From: Minisyncoccota bacterium
Lineage (GTDB): Bacteria; Patescibacteriota; Minisyncoccia; Phycocordibacterales; GWA1-40-21
Direction: 5' to 3'
NCBI GenBank assembly: GCA_041664585.1
Contig: JBAYKL010000001.1
Coordinates: forward strand, 123,384-187,383
Length of the DNA stretch: 64,000 nucleotides
Shown: piece by piece, positions 25,317 through 37,499 of the stretch
Layout: every line of letters starts with the position of its first letter
Position numbering within the stretch: position 1 is the stretch's first letter
Translations under genes and position numbers: made by a program
The notes under the pieces: generated by a model
The model's database searches: none
What the model was told of the DNA's origin: nothing
The model's input: the letters and a program-made list of their open reading frames with translations, nothing else

Positions 25317-27911
25317 TCTCAAAACCTTCTTCAAATATTTCCCTGTGTGAGACTTTTCATTTCTTGCAACATCTTCTGGTGTCCCCTTTGCGGTTATTTC
25401 CCCTCCACCATCTCCACCTTCTGGACCGATGTCTATTACATAATCAGAAGATTTAATTAAGTCCATATTGTGTTCTATAACAACCACAGTATTTCCATTA
25501 TTTACAAGCTTCTGTAAAATTTCAATAAGTTTCTTTACATCTTCATAATGTAAACCAATAGTCGGTTCATCTAAGAAATAAATAGTTTTATGAAGTCCAG
25601 GTCTATAAAGTTCAGAAGCTATTTTTACTCTCTGTGCTTCCCCACCAGAAAGAGTTGTTGCTGATTGACCAATTTTTAGATATCCCAAACCTACATCCAT
25701 CAAACATTTCAATCTGTCATATACAGCAGGGAGATCCATGAAAAATTCTAAGGCCTCCTCGACAGTCATCTCAAGAACCTGATGTACATTTTTATTCTTA
25801 TATTTAACTTCCAGTGTTTCTTTTGTAAATCTCTTACCATGACAAATATCACAAGGCACATGAACTGTTGGTAAGAAATGCATTTCTACCTCTATAGTTC
25901 CATTACCCTGACAAGCTTCACACCTTCCACCCTTTACATTAAAAGAAAATCTATTAGCTTTCCAACCTCTCTCTTTGGCTGTAGTTGTAGCAGCAAACAT
26001 ATCACGAATAAATGTCCACGCTCCAGTATACGTACCAGGGTTTGATCTAGGGGTTCTTCCTATTGGTGACTGGTCTATCATAATAGTTCTACCAACATAT
26101 TCTGAGCCCGTAAAAGAAGAGCAGTTGTGTGTTTGCACTGAACGCATTTTTCTTTCTAATCTTGCCTGTAAATTTTTGTAAAGAATTTCATAAACAAAAG
26201 AAGATTTACCAGAACCAGAAACTCCTGTGATACAAACAAACTTACCTAGTGGGACATCAATATTCATGTTTTTGATATTGAATATTTTTCCACCACGGAC
26301 TTTCAAAGACCCTTTATCCTGATCCCTTCTCTTCTCCGGAATTTCTATTTTCTTTTCACCTCTAAGATACGCGAGAGTTAGAGAATCTGAATCATTATTT
26401 TTTGCAGTAAGTAATTTATCTAATTCTCCAGATACAACAACTTCTCCTCCGTGTATTCCAGCACCAGGACCAATATCAACAATATAGTCAGATGAATACA
26501 TAGTGTCCTCATCGTGTTCAACAACAAGAATAGTATTTCCTAAATCTCTTAGTCTAAGAAGTGTTCCTATGAGCTTATCATTATCTCTTTGATGTAATCC
26601 TATGGTTGGTTCATCAAGTACATAAAGAGCACCCACGAGCCCAGAACCAAGCTGCGAAGCTAACCTTATTCTTTGTGCTTCTCCGCCAGAAAGGGTGTGC
26701 GCACGCCTATTAAGAGACAAATATTGGATACCGACATTGATCATAAACTGAAGTCTAGAATCTATTTCTTTCAAAATCACTTTTGCTATTTCCTTTTCTG
26801 TTTCTGTAAGATGTACACTTTCCAAAAATTCCCTTGCATCAGTAATTGATTTCGCAGTAAAGTCGACAATATTTATTCCACCAAAAAGCACATGGAGCGC
26901 TTCTTCACGTAATCTCGCGCCTTTACACAATTCACAAGGATCATCACTAAAGAATTCTTTGGTACCCAAACCATTACATTCTGGACATGCTCCATATGGA
27001 GAGTTAAAAGAAAAAAGTCTTGGTTCTATCTCTGGATATGAATATCCATCATATGGGCACATGAATTTTACAGAAATAAGTTTTTCTTCTTCTGGAGTTT
27101 CAATTTTTAGTAATCCCTTTGATTCTTCAATAGCTTTTTCCACTGCATCACTAAGTCTTTCACGTATTCCATCTTTCTTCTCTTTAAATTCACTTATATA
27201 AAACTCATCAACAAGCACATCAATATTGTGCTTCTTGGTCTTTGAAAGAATTATTTGGTTTCTTAATTTCTTGAGTTCTCCATCTATCTTTACCTGCTCA
27301 TATCCTTTTTCTAATAGATCATAAAGGAGTTGATAGTATTCACCCTTTCTTCCAACAACTACTGGAGAAAATATCTTCACCTTTGCAGAACTTACTTCTA
27401 CACCCAAAATTTCTTTTGTTTTTTGTGGAGCTTTAATATGAGAAACTGTATTTATAATTGTCTCCAAAATTTCTTCCTTGGAAAGCTTTTTAATTTCTCT
27501 GTTACAGACAAGACAGTGTGGTTTGCCAATCCTAGCAAAAATGATTCTGAGATAATCATATATTTCTGTAATAGTAGCAACCGTAGATCTAGGATTATTT
27601 GATCTAGATTTTTGATCTATAGAAATTGCAGGAGACAAACCAATAATTTCATCGACATCTGGTTTTTGCATCTGATGTAAAAACTGTCTTGCATATGAGG
27701 AAAGAGATTCAACATACCTTCTTTGCCCTTCTGCAAATATAGTATCAAAAGCAAAAGACGACTTTCCTGATCCAGAAAGACCTGTGACAGCAATCATTTT
27801 ATTACGAGGCATCTCCACAGTAATATTCTTTAAATTGTGAGTTCTTGCTCCTTTTACAATGATTTTACCTGCATTTTCATCAAATGTTGTTTTTGTTGTC
27901 TTTTTATCCAT
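25311..27911 (-). CDS. uvrA: Excinuclease ABC subunit A.
   Basis: Two ABC ATPase modules ([18 protein letters not shown]) and Zn-finger CxxC pairs. 866 aa. Confidence 0.9.
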   Translation of the reverse strand: MDKKTTKTTFDENAGKIIVKGARTHNLKNITVEMPRNKMIAVTGLSGSGKSSFAFDTIFAEGQRRYVESLSSYARQFLHQMQKPDVDEIIGLSPAISIDQKSRSNNPRSTVATITEIYDYLRIIFARIGKPHCLVCNREIKKLSKEEILETIINTVSHIKAPQKTKEILGVEVSSAKVKIFSPVVVGRKGEYYQLLYDLLEKGYEQVKIDGELKKLRNQIILSKTKKHNIDVLVDEFYISEFKEKKDGIRERLSDAVEKAIEESKGLLKIETPEEEKLISVKFMCPYDGYSYPEIEPRLFSFNSPYGACPECNGLGTKEFFSDDPCELCKGARLREEALHVLFGGINIVDFTAKSITDAREFLESVHLTETEKEIAKVILKEIDSRLQFMINVGIQYLSLNRRAHTLSGGEAQRIRLASQLGSGLVGALYVLDEPTIGLHQRDNDKLIGTLLRLRDLGNTILVVEHDEDTMYSSDYIVDIGPGAGIHGGEVVVSGELDKLLTAKNNDSDSLTLAYLRGEKKIEIPEKRRDQDKGSLKVRGGKIFNIKNMNIDVPLGKFVCITGVSGSGKSSFVYEILYKNLQARLERKMRSVQTHNCSSFTGSEYVGRTIMIDQSPIGRTPRSNPGTYTGAWTFIRDMFAATTTAKERGWKANRFSFNVKGGRCEACQGNGTIEVEMHFLPTVHVPCDICHGKRFTKETLEVKYKNKNVHQVLEMTVEEALEFFMDLPAVYDRLKCLMDVGLGYLKIGQSATTLSGGEAQRVKIASELYRPGLHKTIYFLDEPTIGLHYEDVKKLIEILQKLVNNGNTVVVIEHNMDLIKSSDYVIDIGPEGGDGGGEITAKGTPEDVARNEKSHTGKYLKKVLRK

Positions 27912-27997
27912 ATGAATTGAAATAAACCTCCCGTTTGCTCCTTAGGGGGGGGTATTAGACTTTTATACTACTATTAATATGATAAGTTGGCAAATTA

Positions 27998-28036
27998 AAA
28001 AACACCTTTCTATTTCTAAGAAAAGTGTTTTTTAAT
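27998..28036. terminator. Intrinsic terminator downstream of the response-regulator gene.
   Basis: AAAACAC...GTGTTTT extended hairpin with a T-run. Confidence 0.4.
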
Positions 28037-28041
28037 TTAAG

Positions 28042-28428
28042 TTATTTATTATTCAAAACCTCAACAGAAGCATCTACTATTTCTTCCACAGAAAATAGAG
28101 CCTTTATCAAAAACTTCTTTGCACCCAATCTTAAACCTTTTTCTACATCAGCCTTCTGTCCTGTATTTGAAAGAATTATTATTGGAATATTCTTTGTCTT
28201 TTCATTTGACTGGGCTGACTCTAAAACATCAAATCCATTAATCTTTGGTAAAAGTAAGTCAAGTAAAACCAAGTCGTAACTATTTGTAGATATCATTGAA
28301 ACCGCCTTTTCTCCATCTGTAGCGTGTTCAATAATTGCTTTTTCTTCAATAAATTTTCTAGCAAGCATGCCGCTAAGCAAGCTATCATCCTCAACTATCA
28401 ATATTTTTTTGTTATCAAGTTTTGCCAT
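28042..28428 (-). CDS. Stand-alone response-regulator receiver domain (CheY-like).
   Basis: KKILIVEDD...LVLLDLLLP...K core residues. No DNA-binding output. Start at MAKLD (28428), as the upstream kinase ORF requires. Confidence 0.8.
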   Translation of the reverse strand: MAKLDNKKILIVEDDSLLSGMLARKFIEEKAIIEHATDGEKAVSMISTNSYDLVLLDLLLPKINGFDVLESAQSNEKTKNIPIIILSNTGQKADVEKGLRLGAKKFLIKALFSVEEIVDASVEVLNNK

Positions 28429-28459
28429 ATGTTTATATATTATATCAAATATAAAGATC

Positions 28460-29740
28460 TTAATCCACAAGAGGTACAAATATCTCAAAAGTTGTACCTT
28501 TACCAAGCTCAGATTTAAGCTTTATGTTACCACCATGCATCTCCACGATCTTCTTAGTGGCATATAGACCGACGCCACTTTCGTTTGGATCAACAGCTAC
28601 TGCATTTTTACCCCTAAAGAACTTTTGGAACATATGTTCCATATCAACAGGGTCTATACCTATTCCGTGATCTCGTATTGTGAGCCTAGCGTCTTTACCA
28701 ACTGCATCCAAAGAAACAATAACCTGACTCTTTGGGGAATACCTAAAAGCATTATCAAAAATATTTGTTAAACCCAAGTCTAAGGTCTTTCTATCGGCAA
28801 AGACATTTAAATCTTTTTGTTTATTATAAACCAAATCTATACCATTTGCTTTTATTAAGAAATTTAAGTTTTTTAATATGTTATCTATAACGGAATATAG
28901 ATCAATCCTTTCTTTATTGAGCTTAAAAACATCTTTGTTTTTATCCAAATCAGTAGATTTCAACATCTCACCAACTATGTTTATGGCTTCAACAATTTTA
29001 TCATACCCCTCTTTCAAAAGTCCCTTCTCTGGACATTCTTTATTTTCAAGAACTTCTTGTACGGCCCACTTTGCGCCGTTCAAAGGTGTGCGAAGTTGAT
29101 GTGAGATAGCTGTAATAAAGGTTTCTTTTGTTTTTTCAACTTCCATGAGATCAACAAACTGCCTCTTATAATGTTCCTTCTCAAATCTTTGGTAAAGAAT
29201 TTCTTTACTAAGTTTGTAGATAAGATATACGACAATTGAGTATCCTAAAATATTCAACACTTGCTTAATCATAAAAGCAGAATCTTCATTTCCGCCAAAT
29301 AAAATCAGGGAAGCTAAAAGTATAATAGAAACTACCCCGACATTCCTTGTAAGTTTGGCGTTAAGAAAGGCCACAGATATGATCGGGATGAAAGATAGCA
29401 TAAAAACATAAGAGCTATTTACCCCACCGGTAATCAAATAGATCAAAATTATATAAGTAATAGTTCCAATATAGCCAGTGTAAGAAAAATATAGCCCTTT
29501 ATTTACTGAGTGTAAGACCAACATAATGGCCGCATTCACAGTGAGATAAGATATGAGCAATATCAGATAGTATCTTAAGTTAGGAATACTGGACAAAAAC
29601 CCAGGGTAAAAATAAGAAAAGATAATAACATCAATTAAACCTGCATAAACAATAAGCTGTTTAATGAAAAAAGATTTGTCATATTTAATATCGTCTAGTC
29701 TGTATGAAAACCAACTTTTTATTTTTTGAAATGAGGGCAT
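28460..29740 (-). CDS. Sensor histidine kinase with a polytopic membrane domain.
   Basis: 5-6 transmembrane helices, H-box SHQLRTPLNG, and N/G1/G2 boxes in the HATPase_c domain. Confidence 0.8.
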   Translation of the reverse strand: MPSFQKIKSWFSYRLDDIKYDKSFFIKQLIVYAGLIDVIIFSYFYPGFLSSIPNLRYYLILLISYLTVNAAIMLVLHSVNKGLYFSYTGYIGTITYIILIYLITGGVNSSYVFMLSFIPIISVAFLNAKLTRNVGVVSIILLASLILFGGNEDSAFMIKQVLNILGYSIVVYLIYKLSKEILYQRFEKEHYKRQFVDLMEVEKTKETFITAISHQLRTPLNGAKWAVQEVLENKECPEKGLLKEGYDKIVEAINIVGEMLKSTDLDKNKDVFKLNKERIDLYSVIDNILKNLNFLIKANGIDLVYNKQKDLNVFADRKTLDLGLTNIFDNAFRYSPKSQVIVSLDAVGKDARLTIRDHGIGIDPVDMEHMFQKFFRGKNAVAVDPNESGVGLYATKKIVEMHGGNIKLKSELGKGTTFEIFVPLVD

Positions 29741-29789
29741 GTTTAAAATTATTTTAATATTTAAATAACTTTAAACATTATATCAGTTT

Positions 29790-31856
29790 CTATTTCTTTT
29801 TAACAACCTTCTTTTTGTTATTTTCTATCTTTTCCTTCAAAAGCAAAATCTCATCTCTTAATATAGAAGCTGTCTCGAAATCCAATATCTTCACGGCAGC
29901 ATTCATTTGAATTTCTTTTTGTTTTATTATTTTCGCTGGGCTCTTTATCATCATAGCTTCATCTATTCTAAGTAGTTCAGCTACAGCTTTATCATGATCG
30001 CTTCTCATACTATCTGTAATATCGTGTATTTTCTTTATGATGGTTTTCGGAGTAATGCCATGTTTTGTATTATATGCGATTTGTTTGTCTCTCCTCTTGT
30101 TTGTCTCTGCTATCGCTCTTTCTATTGAGCCAGTGGTCTTGTCAGCATACAAAACAACCCTACCAAGCACATTTCTGGCAGCACGGCCGATGGTTTGGAT
30201 AAGAGAAGTATCTGAACGCAAGAAACCTTCTTTGTCAGCATCTAAGATACCAATAAATTCTACTTCGGGTAAGTCTAGTCCCTCTCTAAGTAAGTTTACC
30301 CCAACCAAACAATCAAACTTCCCTCTTCTAAAGTTTGTAAGAATATCTATTCTATCTATTGTCTTAATATCGCTGTGTAGATATTCTGCCTTCACTCCTT
30401 TTTCTTTTAAATATTCACTCAAATCTTCCGCCATCTTTTTTGTAAGTGTCGTGGCAATTACTCTTCCACCGTTTTTTACAACTTTTAATGTTTCTTCTAT
30501 AAAATCAAAAATCTGAGATTTGTTATTTTTTGTTTCTGTAATTGGTTTAATATCTACAATAGGGTCTATAAGACCAGTAGGACGAATTACTTGTTCTACT
30601 ATTTGTTCTGACTTTTCTTTTTCATATGCTCCCGGAGTGGCCGTGGTATAAATAGTCTGCCCAACTCTTTCTTCAAATTCTTTGAAATTAAGTGGGCGAT
30701 TATCTCTTGCAGATGGAAGTCTAAAACCAAAATCAATTAAAGTCTTTTTTCTTGAAGCATCTCCAGCATACATACCACCTATTTGAGGTACAGTAATATG
30801 AGATTCATCTATAATGGTAAGGAAATCTGGGGAACCATCTGCTTTCTTTGGAAAATATGAAATTAGAGTATCAGGAGCATCTCCAGATTTTCTACCAGAA
30901 AAATGTCTTGAGTAGTTCTCAATACCATTACAATAACCGACTTCTTTTATAAGAGCCAAATCGTAACTTGTCCTTCTCTTCAATCTTTCCGCCTCGAGAT
31001 TGTGTCCTTCTTTTTTGAGCTGTTCTAACCTTTCTTCAAGCTCTCTTTTTATACTCTTAAAAGCACTCTCTTGCTGTGCTTTATTCGTAATAAAATGTTT
31101 CGCAGGAAAAATAAAAATCTGATCCAAATCACTTTCTATAATATTTCTTGATACGGAATCAATTTTTAATATTTCAGATATCTTATCATCTTCAATATTA
31201 ATCCTTATTATTATTTTCTCACTCACTGGCATTACTTCTATGGAGTTTCCGATAACCCTAAACTGACCAGATGCTAAATCTGCATTTGTTCTTTCAAAAT
31301 GAATATTTACAAGTTTCTTAATTATATTTTGTCTCTCTGCAGAATCTCCTTTCTTGATTTGTAAGTTTACACTCATGTATTCTTCTGGACTTCCAAGACC
31401 GTATATACAAGAAACTGATGCAACAATAATTACATCTTTCCTTGTAAGAAGTGCTTGGGTAGAAGCATGGCGAAGTCTATCTATTTCTTCGTTAATCATC
31501 GCCTCCTTCTCTATATATGTATCTGTAACGGGCATATATGCCTCTGGTTGATAGTAATCATAGTAAGATACAAAATAGTGTACGGCATTGTCTGGAAAGA
31601 ATTCCCTATACTCTTGGGCAAGCTGAGCTGCAAGGGTCTTATTGTGGGCTATCACAAGAGTTGGTTTTTGTACTTTTTCAATAATATTTGCAACAGTAAA
31701 AGTTTTACCAGAACCAGTAACACCAAAAAGGGTTTGTTTATTAAAACCCTTGTTTATACCTTCCATAAGCTCTTTTATAGCCTTTGGTTGATCTCCTGCT
31801 GGAACATATTCTGCTTTTATCTTGAATTTATCCTTCATTGACTTAATTTGTTTCAT
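29790..31856 (-). CDS. uvrB: Excinuclease ABC subunit B.
   Basis: GVTGSGKTFT Walker A, helicase motifs, beta-hairpin region and C-terminal UVR domain. Start at MKQIKS (31856). Confidence 0.9.
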   Translation of the reverse strand: MKQIKSMKDKFKIKAEYVPAGDQPKAIKELMEGINKGFNKQTLFGVTGSGKTFTVANIIEKVQKPTLVIAHNKTLAAQLAQEYREFFPDNAVHYFVSYYDYYQPEAYMPVTDTYIEKEAMINEEIDRLRHASTQALLTRKDVIIVASVSCIYGLGSPEEYMSVNLQIKKGDSAERQNIIKKLVNIHFERTNADLASGQFRVIGNSIEVMPVSEKIIIRINIEDDKISEILKIDSVSRNIIESDLDQIFIFPAKHFITNKAQQESAFKSIKRELEERLEQLKKEGHNLEAERLKRRTSYDLALIKEVGYCNGIENYSRHFSGRKSGDAPDTLISYFPKKADGSPDFLTIIDESHITVPQIGGMYAGDASRKKTLIDFGFRLPSARDNRPLNFKEFEERVGQTIYTTATPGAYEKEKSEQIVEQVIRPTGLIDPIVDIKPITETKNNKSQIFDFIEETLKVVKNGGRVIATTLTKKMAEDLSEYLKEKGVKAEYLHSDIKTIDRIDILTNFRRGKFDCLVGVNLLREGLDLPEVEFIGILDADKEGFLRSDTSLIQTIGRAARNVLGRVVLYADKTTGSIERAIAETNKRRDKQIAYNTKHGITPKTIIKKIHDITDSMRSDHDKAVAELLRIDEAMMIKSPAKIIKQKEIQMNAAVKILDFETASILRDEILLLKEKIENNKKKVVKKK

Positions 31857-31866
31857 TATGTAGTCT
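31838..31866 (+). promoter_or_regulatory. TTGACTTAATTTG promoter module (copy within the uvrB 5' end).
   Basis: ATTGACTTAATTTG is identical to 33087-33100. It sits upstream of the 31909 gene. Confidence 0.4.
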
Positions 31867-31908
31867 TTTAAACTGGAAATCAAGTACAAACAGAAAGGGT
31901 CACAAATC

Positions 31909-32325
31909 ATGACAAAAAATACAAACTCTAATTTCCAACCAGGCGTTTACTATGCTGTATTGGATAAAAGATGGAGTAATGTTGTTCAAACTCCCGGTAG
32001 AAGAAAAGGGCGAGCTGTATATTTGGTAATTTCTTATGAGATTAAGGCTACCGGAGACGCAAACCTAAGCTCACACAGAAGGACTTCCACGTTAAAAAGA
32101 TTGAGAGGATACAAATACCTTTCGTCTGAATCGGCTGGGGCAAATGAAAAAGACTTTGTCCAAAGCATGATCGCTGGAAACACAAACTCTATACACATAC
32201 GCCTAGAGAAAAATAGGGTTTTTAAAGACCAAGAAGAGTTGTTCAAAGTATTAAACGACAGCTTAGCTTGGTTAAAAAAACACCGTGTAGATATTCCACA
32301 GGAAGTACTACAGAAGCTCGAGTAG
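31909..32325 (+). CDS. Hypothetical protein (138 aa).
   Basis: AAAGGG RBS, then its own terminator. No recognisable domain. Confidence 0.45.
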   Translation: MTKNTNSNFQPGVYYAVLDKRWSNVVQTPGRRKGRAVYLVISYEIKATGDANLSSHRRTSTLKRLRGYKYLSSESAGANEKDFVQSMIAGNTNSIHIRLEKNRVFKDQEELFKVLNDSLAWLKKHRVDIPQEVLQKLE

Positions 32326-32343
32326 TACAAGTGGGAAAATCAC

Positions 32344-32369
32344 AAGCCGCATCTAACGCGGCTTTTTTA
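32344..32369 (+). terminator. Intrinsic terminator (repeat copy A).
   Basis: AAGCCGC-ATCTAAC-GCGGCTT followed by TTTTTT. Near-identical to 33373-33398. Confidence 0.6.
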
Positions 32370-32375
32370 TTAATA

Positions 32376-32404
32376 TTGACTTCACCTATTTGGTAATGTA
32401 ATAT
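32376..32404 (+). promoter_or_regulatory. Sigma70 promoter TTGACT, 17-nt spacer, TAATAT.
   Basis: Immediately 3' of the terminator: TTTTTTATTAATATTGACTT. Confidence 0.5.
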
Positions 32405-32449
32405 CTGTTTTGAGAAAAAGTTCATTCAATTTTGGAAAGGAAATGTTTA

Positions 32450-32644
32450 ATGAATAGTTTTGTAAAAAAGACGATTATCATACTGGTTGTCCATGGTGGC
32501 AATCATAAATGTGATTTTTTTAAAGATATCACGAGCCAACAAATCAATGAGGAAAAAATAAGAAAGGCTCGTGCATCACAAAGATTCAGCGGACTCAAAG
32601 GTATCAAACCCAAACCCATTCATTGGAGAAAAATTGGGAGATAA
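32450..32644 (+). CDS. Small hypothetical protein (about 64 aa).
   Basis: GGAAAGGAAA RBS. MNSFVKKTIIILVVHGGNHKCD... The start within the track ORF (32432) is chosen for RBS spacing. Confidence 0.3.
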   Translation: MNSFVKKTIIILVVHGGNHKCDFFKDITSQQINEEKIRKARASQRFSGLKGIKPKPIHWRKIGR

Positions 32645-32655
32645 AAGGAGACAAA

Positions 32656-33045
32656 ATGGACCAGTCAGAAGAAATGTTACAAAAGACAAAGGAAAGACAA
32701 GAAAAAATTGAAGCACAGCTTCGAAAACTTTCTTGGGGAGAAACTGAAGAAGAAAAAGATATGTTTGTAAAAACTATTCATCAATTCTTCTCTCCCAAAA
32801 TGGTTCCGGAAGGCTTAAGCGACGGAGAAGCTAGATTGATTTATATCATTGCTTCCACTTTCGCAAATGCCAGAGTAAACATGGGACCACTCCCAATGGA
32901 ATGGGAAGTGGAAAAAATGACCAGAGATTCATTCCAGAAAGGTTTAATAAGTTTTTTAAATGTGGATCTTTCGAGATCAAACGGAGAAATTGATTCGGAA
33001 GGAAACGTTTCAATTTTTAGTTTTTCACCACCAAAAACATTTTAA
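32656..33045 (+). CDS. Hypothetical protein (129 aa).
   Basis: AAAAGGAG RBS 6 nt before ATG 32656, within track ORF 32623-33045. Confidence 0.4.
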   Translation: MDQSEEMLQKTKERQEKIEAQLRKLSWGETEEEKDMFVKTIHQFFSPKMVPEGLSDGEARLIYIIASTFANARVNMGPLPMEWEVEKMTRDSFQKGLISFLNVDLSRSNGEIDSEGNVSIFSFSPPKTF

Positions 33046-33051
33046 TGTCTT

Positions 33052-33081
33052 GCCGCAACATCAATTGTTGCGGTTTTTTTA
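33052..33081 (+). terminator. Intrinsic terminator.
   Basis: GCCGCAACA-TCAAT-TGTTGCGGT followed by TTTTTTT. Confidence 0.6.
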
Positions 33082-33087
33082 TTTATA

Positions 33088-33116
33088 TTGACTTAATTTG
33101 CGACAGATGTACTATT
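33088..33116 (+). promoter_or_regulatory. TTGACTTAATTTG promoter module.
   Basis: TTTTTTTATTTATATTGACTTAATTTG directly after the terminator. Confidence 0.5.
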
Positions 33117-33155
33117 TATTGTAATAAAACAGTTCTTTGGAAAGGAGAACCACTT

Positions 33156-33356
33156 ATGAGAAGATTCGGAATTATGAGCGGTGGACGATCACACATTAAA
33201 GGTGGACCTGAGGGTGAAGACGGTCCGTACAAAAAAGACGGAAGACATGATGATTTCTCAGACGGACCAATTCCACGAGAAGGTAGACGTCCTACAAACT
33301 CAAACGTAGAGAAAATCAACGGGGTTCCTTTTGCAAAAAGAGGTAAAGGTTTATGA
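33156..33356 (+). CDS. Small Gly/Pro/charged-rich protein, possibly a KGG-repeat (YciG-like) stress protein.
   Basis: AAAGGAG RBS. MRRFGIMSGGRSHIKGGPEGEDGPYKKDGRHDDFSDGPIPREGRR... The track ORF from 33045 spans the terminator and promoter, so the short start is preferred. Confidence 0.4.
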   Translation: MRRFGIMSGGRSHIKGGPEGEDGPYKKDGRHDDFSDGPIPREGRRPTNSNVEKINGVPFAKRGKGL

Positions 33357-33372
33357 CAATCCAATACCTTTT

Positions 33373-33396
33373 AAGCCGCATCCTAATGCGGCTTTT

Positions 33397-33398
<2 letters not shown>
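33373..33398. terminator. Intrinsic terminator (repeat copy B), bidirectional with the tgt stop.
   Basis: AAGCCGC-ATCCTAAT-GCGGCTT followed by TTTTTT. Confidence 0.6.
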
Positions 33399-35135
<1,737 letters not shown>

Positions 35136-35228
35136 TTGTTTATAAATTAAAACTTCTAAAAACGATTTTATGTAATTATATCAGATTCCCTAGGCATATC
35201 AAATACATATGATATAATCCTCAGTATT

Positions 35229-35948
35229 ATGATATTTAAAAAAATATTTTCAAACAAAAAAGATACCAAAAATGGAAACCGTATAGATGCTGGAACTGAA
35301 CAAATGAAAGAAGTTGATAAAATTGTTAAGAAAAGATCACAAGTCGCCAATAGTGAATTCGAGAAAGGATACAATTTAATTAAGAAATACCCAAGATCCG
35401 TAAGCATCTTAGGTTCTGCTAGATTCAAAGAAGACAATATTTACTATCAAAAAGCACGATCTCTATCATCAAAAATAGTAAAAGAGCTCGGCTATGCAGT
35501 TGTTACTGGTGGTGGTCCTGGAATAATGGAAGGAGCAAACAGAGGTGCATTCGAAGCTGGCGGAACATCTCTTGGTTTCAATATCATTTTACCCCACGAA
35601 CAATCAATAAATAAATATGTCACCGATTCTGTAGACTTCGAGTATTTTTTTAGTAGAAAGACTCTTCTTTTCTTTGGAAGTGAAAGCTACGTTTATTTCC
35701 CAGGAGGATTCGGAACACTTGATGAATTTTTTGAAATGATTACCTTAATACAAACAGGTAAAATTAATCCGGCACCAATAATATTAGTAGGAAGAGAATT
35801 TTGGGAACCAGTATTAGAACTCATGAAAAACCTGCTTCTTGAAAAATTTAATACAATAAATATAGATGACTTAAACATCTATAAAATAGTAGATGATGAA
35901 AATGAGATTGTACAAATAATAAAGAATGCTCCGTTTAGACAAGAATAA
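35229..35948 (+). CDS. LOG-family protein (cytokinin riboside 5'-monophosphate phosphoribohydrolase-like, TIGR00730).
   Basis: VVTGGGPGIMEG and PGGFGTLDE motifs. Confidence 0.8.
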   Translation: MIFKKIFSNKKDTKNGNRIDAGTEQMKEVDKIVKKRSQVANSEFEKGYNLIKKYPRSVSILGSARFKEDNIYYQKARSLSSKIVKELGYAVVTGGGPGIMEGANRGAFEAGGTSLGFNIILPHEQSINKYVTDSVDFEYFFSRKTLLFFGSESYVYFPGGFGTLDEFFEMITLIQTGKINPAPIILVGREFWEPVLELMKNLLLEKFNTINIDDLNIYKIVDDENEIVQIIKNAPFRQE

Positions 35949-35957
35949 CAAAACAAA

Positions 35958-35985
35958 AAACACCCTGAAAGGGTGTTTTTTGTTT
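35958..35985. terminator. Bidirectional intrinsic terminator.
   Basis: ACACCCT-GAA-AGGGTGT followed by TTTTTTG. Confidence 0.6.
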
Positions 35986-35991
35986 TGTTAT

Positions 35992-36717
35992 TTATTTTAT
36001 TCCAAACGATGCTCTTACTGTTACCATCACATTCTTATTTATCTTAGAAGTATCATATGCGCCATAATCAGAAACCTCAAGATTGTTTGCAGACAAGACC
36101 TGCACTACGCCACTTGCTGCAGATTTTAAATTACCAATCTTTTTACCTGTGCTTTCTACCATCTTACTTGCTCTAGCTTGTGCATCTTTTATGGCATCAG
36201 AGAGTAAACTAACCCTAAGTTCTGGAAGTTTAGTATAGTAGTATTCGACTTGATTTGCACTAAATATAACTCCTTTGTTTATAAGATTCTGTGTTGCTTG
36301 AGCTAATTTTGTTATTTGAGCAATATCAGAAGAAGATACCTCAACATTTTGAGATAGATTATATTCTTTTTCTGACTGAGAGTCATTTTTATAATTATAA
36401 TTCTCCATCATTGATACAGTAGAAATAATCACATTTTTATCATCTATTCCCTGTTCCTTCAAAAAAGATTTCACTAATTTCAAATCACTAGCCATTTGAT
36501 CGTAACCGCTTTTCAAATTACTAACTTTTACAATCCTTGAAAAATTTCCACTAAATTTCGCGCTATCGGAAACGACTTCTTTACTAGCAGAACCAGTAAC
36601 AGAAATTGCTTCTGTAGAAATTCTTGAATTATAAAAAGCCAAAGAGAAAATGCTAAAGCTTAGAATCAAACTCGCACCAACAACAATAGCTGGTTTAAAA
36701 ATATTTTTGTTTTCCAT
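35992..36717 (-). CDS. SIMPL-domain (DUF541) secreted or anchored protein.
   Basis: N-terminal transmembrane segment or signal. Length and composition typical of the 26 kDa periplasmic immunogenic protein family. Confidence 0.55.
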   Translation of the reverse strand: MENKNIFKPAIVVGASLILSFSIFSLAFYNSRISTEAISVTGSASKEVVSDSAKFSGNFSRIVKVSNLKSGYDQMASDLKLVKSFLKEQGIDDKNVIISTVSMMENYNYKNDSQSEKEYNLSQNVEVSSSDIAQITKLAQATQNLINKGVIFSANQVEYYYTKLPELRVSLLSDAIKDAQARASKMVESTGKKIGNLKSAASGVVQVLSANNLEVSDYGAYDTSKINKNVMVTVRASFGIK

Positions 36718-36791
36718 AATATATTAATTATATCACACAAAAGCTAAATATCTTTAGCTTTTTTACATCATATATGCTAGGATATGTAAAT

Positions 36792-37499
36792 ATGGAACAA
36801 AAAACAGCAGAAAAAATAAGAATAAACAAATATCTGGCCTCTAAGGGTATAGCTACCAGAAGAGATGCAGATAAGATCATTTCTGCTGGAAAGGTGCTTA
36901 TAAACGGTAAAAAGGCTGTTCTAGGAGACAAAGTATCAGAAACTGATGATGTAGAAGTCTTAGGAAAATCATCAAAAAAGATGATTTATTACGCATACAA
37001 CAAACCAAGAGGTGTTGTTACCCACAGTCCACAAAATGGAGAGAAAGATATCGCAAGGTCAATTGAATTAAAAAATGTCTTCCCTATTGGTAGACTCGAC
37101 AAAGATTCAGAAGGCCTTCTTATACTTACAAACGACGGAAGAATCACTGATAGACTTTTAAATCCAGATTACGATCACGAAAAAGAATATATAGTAAAGA
37201 CAAGAACACCAATAAAACAATCTCATTTAAATATAATGGAAAGAGGTATGGACCTTGAAGGTATTACTACAAAACCCTGCACAGCAAAAATGATAGATGA
37301 GTTTTCATTTAAAATTATTTTAAAGGAAGGTAAAAAACATCAAATAAGAAGAATGTGTGACGCTTTGACAATACCGATAGAATCCCTTAAAAGAGTAAGA
37401 GTAATGAATGTTAAACTTGGAAGTCTAAAATCAAATGAGTATAGAGAACTCGCTGGCCCAGAACTAGAAAGTTTTCTGGATTCCCTATTTAATAGATAA
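36792..37499 (+). CDS. rluB: Pseudouridine synthase, RsuA/RluB family (S4 plus PseudoU_synth_2).
   Basis: S4 domain INKYLASKGIATRRDA and the catalytic PIGRLDKDSEGLLILTNDG. Confidence 0.85.
   Translation: MEQKTAEKIRINKYLASKGIATRRDADKIISAGKVLINGKKAVLGDKVSETDDVEVLGKSSKKMIYYAYNKPRGVVTHSPQNGEKDIARSIELKNVFPIGRLDKDSEGLLILTNDGRITDRLLNPDYDHEKEYIVKTRTPIKQSHLNIMERGMDLEGITTKPCTAKMIDEFSFKIILKEGKKHQIRRMCDALTIPIESLKRVRVMNVKLGSLKSNEYRELAGPELESFLDSLFNR

Noticed and set aside
33045-33155. Long form of ORF 33045-33356 (Cys-rich N-terminus MSCRNINCC...).
   Set aside because: The extension would read through a terminator hairpin and the next promoter. The strong RBS precedes the internal Met at 33156.
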